Shown here piece by piece: positions 59,317 through 64,000 of a stretch of 64,000 nt of DNA; positions within the stretch are counted from its first letter, which is position 1, and each line of letters begins with the position of its first letter. The notes under the pieces were generated by a model that saw only the letters and a list, made by a program, of their open reading frames with translations, did no database searches and was not told where the DNA came from. The DNA is taken from contig NC_027216.1 in assembly GCF_000981445.1 (NCBI RefSeq), positions 1,426,001 to 1,490,000 on the forward strand, given 5' to 3'. This DNA is from Babesia bigemina. Taxonomy: Eukaryota. The position numbers and the translations under genes were made by a program.

Positions 59317-62300
59317 TTACCCGAGCGCCGGGAACTCCGAATCCAGCAGCACGAAGTTCTTTGACGACCTCACGTTCAGCGCCTGCGCGTAGTTGCGCCG
59401 CGTGACGGTCGATTTGGCGCTGCCGCCGTCCCCCAGGGAAGGAAACTCAGCGTCGCTGCGCAGCGCCATGGCGGCGGCGTTGGCAGTCAAGTAATAGTCC
59501 AGCACCTCCAGGTGCTCCACGCGGCACCGGCGCAGCGCATTCGCGCAGCGGTAGCTCCATTTTTTGGCAGCGCCCTCAACGTCGTTGACCATCCGGGCCT
59601 CCTTGACCAGGCGGTAGAACTCGGGCTCCAGGGCCTGGAGCGACTCCAGCAGCTGCATGGGCACGAACTCCGACAGCGTCGTGAAACGGCGGGTGCCGGA
59701 CATCAGCAGCTGGTTAATCTTGATGCACGTCGTATCCCGCAACCGGTGCTCTACCGAGGTGGCGTTGAACTTCGAGTCGTTCACCGCGAGCGCATTCCGA
59801 ATAACGTCCACCATGGCAGCATAAAAGTCAGAGTTGAGGCTCTGCTTGAAGCTGTCCTCAACGGAAATAGCATACCGCTCGTTGTCTACCGCCGGTTCCT
59901 GCAGCTTGTCCGCCTTACTGGACTCAGGCTCTGGAGCGGATTCCGGGGCCGGCGCAGCGGGTTCGGGCTCAGGCTCGGGTGCGGCAGCACGCTTATCAGG
60001 CGCTTCCTGCACTTTGCCCCAGGCGTTTGGTTTGCGGCCCATCCTCTTAAGCAGCTGCTCCTGCCGTTTTTGCAGCTTGTGCTGCCCGATTTCCTTGGAG
60101 AGGTCACGGCCTGGGTTGAGAACTTCGAGACTGAACTCGGAACCTGACTTCGTCTTTTTCTTCACCACGGCGGACAAAGATACGGGCTGTTGCTTCATTG
60201 CAGATACGTTGTTCACGGCGCCCTCCAGCGCATTCACCACCCAGTCAAACGCCTGCTTCACCAAGATCTTGCTCGCAATGGGGACCATGTCCTCCACAAC
60301 GTTGAGCAGCATGAGCCCGTTAGGGGACACCTTGTGCTCGACCGAAGATGCCTTCACAACCCGCAGAAGCTTCTCGTATTCCACATGGAAGTTAATACTG
60401 TACACGAATACCATAAGGTAACACATCGAACTTTTAACCAGATCGAGGAGGTTAGGAGCACCTGACTCTTGCGATTTTCCCGAAATGGACTCCTCCACAA
60501 ATCGGCCATATTGGACGCGGAAATCAGACAATGCCTCCTCAACGTGGCTTCTGAAGTCGGAGGGGAGGCGTTCCCACAGCTCGCAACGCGGGGGGAAAGA
60601 GGACGATTTCACCAGAGCCGACACGCGCTCAAGGTCACATTGGACACGAGTGGCGCAATTGACGCTGAAGGTGTCGAAATCGAATTGGCGAACGGTAGAA
60701 CCCAATTTCAGGTTTATCAGGGTCTGCGCAAAGGCATTCAACAGCTCCGTGCTCTTATCGGCAGTGCGCAGTTGGGGATCGGTGAGGTACTCGCGCTTGC
60801 GAAGCCACTCCTCGAACTCCGCAGACACCACCTTAGGTTCTGCTTGGGGTTCCGGTTCCGGGGTAGGCTCGGGGACGACCGGCTCCGCGTCTGGTACTAT
60901 GCGGATGTTTCCGTCCCACGGCAAGGAGCTGGTGGGCAACGCGCAGACGCTTGCCGTGATCTTCGTAACCGGCACGGCAGCCTGTTGCACAGGAGGCTGG
61001 GCCTTCCGCTGACGGGACGACTGGCTGCGATGGACCGTAGGATGCTTCGACATGTAGTGGAGCTGCAGCTGGAGATCGTCCGGGAACACCATGAACATGC
61101 AATCCGGCTCCTCACATGGGTAGTGGTAAGTTTTGAAGTGCGAGAACAGCGTCCCATAATCGCTGAAAATCTCGCACACAAAGCCCTCGGAATCGCAAAG
61201 GTTGCAGTAGAAGTGGTCGCTCTTGGCGTGCCTCTTTAGCTCCGTGTTGTCCCACTGCATACGCCGGCATGCGCTACACATGACGTGGGCCGGAATGGGA
61301 GGCACCCTATCCGTATCGCCAAAACGCACGTGCGCTTTTATGTCCTCGTACCGGTATAACGGCATTTCGCAGATGAAATGCTTGAGGCCGAAGTGGCCCT
61401 GGCAAATATCGCAGCACACCAATCCATGCTTGCTCTTCAGGTGCTTGTTCAAAGATTCGAACGAAGTGTGCCGATTCTGGTACAGCTTCTCTATGGCTTT
61501 AACCAACAGCTCTGGGGCGTCGAGGGGCATGCTGGTGTGCCAGTGCGCCTTGCACTCCGGCACCCAACACAGGGCGCTGCTGACCGCGCGGAAGAGCATG
61601 TATATGTTAGGGTGCTCGAACACGAGCTTGCCGTCCCCGGCAGCCACGTGATCGCCGTAGAACCGCGGCTTCGACTGCTTCAAGTTGTAGACGTCTTTGA
61701 AGGGATCCCGCTCTTCACGCTCCTTGATGGACAGCTGTTGCGCCTTTCGCACGAGGTGCTGCATTTTGGAGCCAGGCGCCTTCAGTATGGTGTCACGCTT
61801 CACATCCACCGTTCGTAGAAACACCCCGAACAGATCCTTTATGTTCACCGCGTCTCGCGAGAGCATACGACGGTCTAACGGCGTGTCACCGCTCACGACA
61901 CGCAGCAGAGATTCCACGCTGCTGCGTGTCAGCTCCCGAGCGCCCTCTTGGGAATACAGCGACTTCTGCACTGCGAAGTGCGCAAAAAACGGGTTGGCGC
62001 AGATCACGAGAACGTCGGACTCCTGCTTGCAGTAGGGGCACTGGTGCACGTTAGAGTCGCTGTCGTAGAAATTCTTCAGACGCATCATGCACAGGAAACA
62101 CATCAGATGGGTGCACTTCCCGACGGCGCATATGAGCGCGTTTTCGTAGCAGATGGAGCAGCACATGTAGCTGTGGAAGTGCTCCGAGACCGGCTGCTGA
62201 GCAACCGCGGCCAAGTGCTCCCGGGTGAGGGATTGGGAACGCGCAACGCCGCTCTGCATATACACATCCAGAATGCTGTCATGGAGGTTGTCGCGGAACA

Positions 62301-62403
62301 GCGTGTACGGCGATCCCAGGTTGGCCGGCCATCTGGCACGGCCTCGCGGACCGTTGTTGTTTACGGGACCGCCTTCCGGGCCTAACTGCCGTCTGCTGCC
62401 CAT
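59317..62403 (-). CDS. RING + C2H2 zinc-finger E3 ligase, ZNF598/Hel2-like (ribosome quality control)
   Basis: RING CSIC...CTHLMCFLC...CPYC. Multiple C2H2-like fingers (CDIC...H, CSAC...H, CNLC...H, CEEPDC...H). C-terminal EFPSLG / EFPALG motifs. Confidence 0.8.
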   Translation of the reverse strand: MGSRRQLGPEGGPVNNNGPRGRARWPANLGSPYTLFRDNLHDSILDVYMQSGVARSQSLTREHLAAVAQQPVSEHFHSYMCCSICYENALICAVGKCTHLMCFLCMMRLKNFYDSDSNVHQCPYCKQESDVLVICANPFFAHFAVQKSLYSQEGARELTRSSVESLLRVVSGDTPLDRRMLSRDAVNIKDLFGVFLRTVDVKRDTILKAPGSKMQHLVRKAQQLSIKEREERDPFKDVYNLKQSKPRFYGDHVAAGDGKLVFEHPNIYMLFRAVSSALCWVPECKAHWHTSMPLDAPELLVKAIEKLYQNRHTSFESLNKHLKSKHGLVCCDICQGHFGLKHFICEMPLYRYEDIKAHVRFGDTDRVPPIPAHVMCSACRRMQWDNTELKRHAKSDHFYCNLCDSEGFVCEIFSDYGTLFSHFKTYHYPCEEPDCMFMVFPDDLQLQLHYMSKHPTVHRSQSSRQRKAQPPVQQAAVPVTKITASVCALPTSSLPWDGNIRIVPDAEPVVPEPTPEPEPQAEPKVVSAEFEEWLRKREYLTDPQLRTADKSTELLNAFAQTLINLKLGSTVRQFDFDTFSVNCATRVQCDLERVSALVKSSSFPPRCELWERLPSDFRSHVEEALSDFRVQYGRFVEESISGKSQESGAPNLLDLVKSSMCYLMVFVYSINFHVEYEKLLRVVKASSVEHKVSPNGLMLLNVVEDMVPIASKILVKQAFDWVVNALEGAVNNVSAMKQQPVSLSAVVKKKTKSGSEFSLEVLNPGRDLSKEIGQHKLQKRQEQLLKRMGRKPNAWGKVQEAPDKRAAAPEPEPEPAAPAPESAPEPESSKADKLQEPAVDNERYAISVEDSFKQSLNSDFYAAMVDVIRNALAVNDSKFNATSVEHRLRDTTCIKINQLLMSGTRRFTTLSEFVPMQLLESLQALEPEFYRLVKEARMVNDVEGAAKKWSYRCANALRRCRVEHLEVLDYYLTANAAAMALRSDAEFPSLGDGGSAKSTVTRRNYAQALNVRSSKNFVLLDSEFPALG

Positions 62404-62524
62404 TTTGAGTCACACGAAGTATACACTAATATGTTTAACTTTGTAATCCACGGCTTCTACCGCGTTCCACCTCATACGGCGCGTCAGACAACCCGCTTGC
62501 GACGCGGCGCTGTGGAACGGCACT

Positions 62525-63992
62525 CTATAACGCAGGCTCATCCAAGCCGCAGGAGTTCCAGTCCAGAAACAGCTGCTTCGTCTGAAACAAATTAGCAACA
62601 GAGGATGCGTAAAACCCACTTCGTTAGGGCGCATGACCCGCGGACACATGGGACACTTGAACTCCAGCTTGCGGCGGCTGTTGCCGAAGCTCTCGACGCA
62701 GATGCTGCAGATCACGTGCCCACATATCAGCATCACCGGGGGGTTCAGGCTGCAGGTCTGGTCCTTGGAAATAGGGCACGTTAGGCAGCTGTGGAAGCAG
62801 AATGCCGGTCCCAGGTCAGACTCTATGGGCAGCTGCTTACACGTCCTCATCCAGGAGCCTAGTTCCGACAATACCTGCTTGTTAGAGTGCGGTATGTCCA
62901 CTATGTTGGCCAGGCGCGGGTGCAGCAGGTAGCCGGCGCAGACCAGCACTGAAATCGGGCTGCGGGTAGCGTGAAATGTAGCGTAACCAAACACACCTCT
63001 CATAGGGTAGGAAGACGCGGACGTATTCATCCGTGTCTTCTCGTACATATGCCGTCTCGAAGGAGCCCTGCTTGGGACGGGATGCCGCATGTAAGCCTGT
63101 TGCAAAGGCCTGGCGCATGGTGGCCACGCTCTCGTTGCGGACTCCAGAGCTCGGAAGCGAGGTCCTCGTGCTAGGCGACAGTTGCACCACCGTGTCCGCA
63201 CTGCCAGAAGTGTCGCCAGCGATGCCACGCATTATCATGCGCAGGATTCCCTGCGAAATTTGGTACACCATAGCTAACACCCACCCTTACATTTATGTTG
63301 GCGGGTTCGCGAACAATTGTGGGCCTCTCACCCTCCACGCGTGACGTTGAGCTGCTTCCCGTGCCGGGTGACGTGGGTTCTGCCTCCTCGGCATTGCCGC
63401 GCAGCCCCCGGAACGCAATTCGGTGACCGTGAGAAGGGAGCACATCGACAAGACTCGGACGAGTAGGGAACGTTATTCGAATGCGCCGGCCAGCGATGCC
63501 TCCGGTAGACGACTCGTTTGCTGCGTTTTGTGTCGCGTACATCTCCTCGGAGGTGACGGGTGGGCCGGTGTAAACAGTCAGCGATAACGTCTGTTGTGGA
63601 TCCTCCGCTGAAGACGCAACGTTGAACTCCTGAGAATGCTGTTGTGCCGTGCCGGTCTGCAGGAACAAGGGGTATTCCGCCAGCAACGCCAGCTGGTTGA
63701 CGTTGGTGACGTTGAGGAACGACTCATCGGAGTTGTTGCCGGGGTTCATTAGCACGGCGGTGGCCGACGAATGACCGTCGCCTTCAGGCTCGCAGTCGTC
63801 ACTTGACGCGTAGCCATCATCCTGATTGTCCGTCTCATCACTGTCATGGTGCAACAGGCTAAACGTGTCAAACCTGAACGGCTGATCTGGAATTATCTGG
63901 CGACAAACGGTTTCAGGGTCGCCGTTCATTGCGCATAAGGTTTCCATAAAATACAACTGCTTCCTGTATGTTTTGTAGCCAATCAGTTCCAT
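62525..63992 (-). CDS. RMND5/GID2-like CTLH-complex RING subunit (3' part; the gene probably extends beyond the window)
   Basis: SPISVLVCAG...QLPIESDLGPAFCFHSCLTCPISKDQTCSLNPPVMLICGHVIC...FKCPMCP. Confidence 0.8.
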
Positions 63993-64000
63993 TTTGGCAA

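Overview
Eukaryotic, intron-containing, gene-dense DNA from a piroplasmid apicomplexan, most like Babesia sensu stricto. This is inferred from the ves1-like and 6-Cys-like genes and the many 33-37 nt GT-AG introns. The AT-richer left end (1-~7 kb) looks like an accessory, possibly subtelomeric, block with a large secreted 6-Cys/s48/45-like protein and a short ves1-like gene. The rest is a compact, GC-richer run of about 28 core genes: PDI, GMP synthase, QCR7, PTH2, RPA12, NAF1, SPF45, eIF2-alpha, MON2-like, SRP54, KH protein, FEN1/XPG-like, mitochondrial IF3, mTERF, Qc-SNARE, RPT2, UBC12, NUP54, XRN, tRNA-splicing endonuclease, NDOR1, ZNF598/Hel2, RMND5/GID2 and several hypotheticals. The most notable hidden features are: (1) a textbook two-hairpin box H/ACA snoRNA inside the unusually long eIF2-alpha intron, with both pockets complementary to conserved 18S rRNA pseudouridine sites; (2) a GMP synthase whose glutaminase catalytic Cys and Glu are both replaced; (3) an XRN exoribonuclease carrying an apicoplast-type bipartite leader; (4) a secreted tandem SUEL-lectin-like protein; (5) co-directional genes that overlap or abut within 8 nt. 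Exon boundaries were read by eye and no database search was run.
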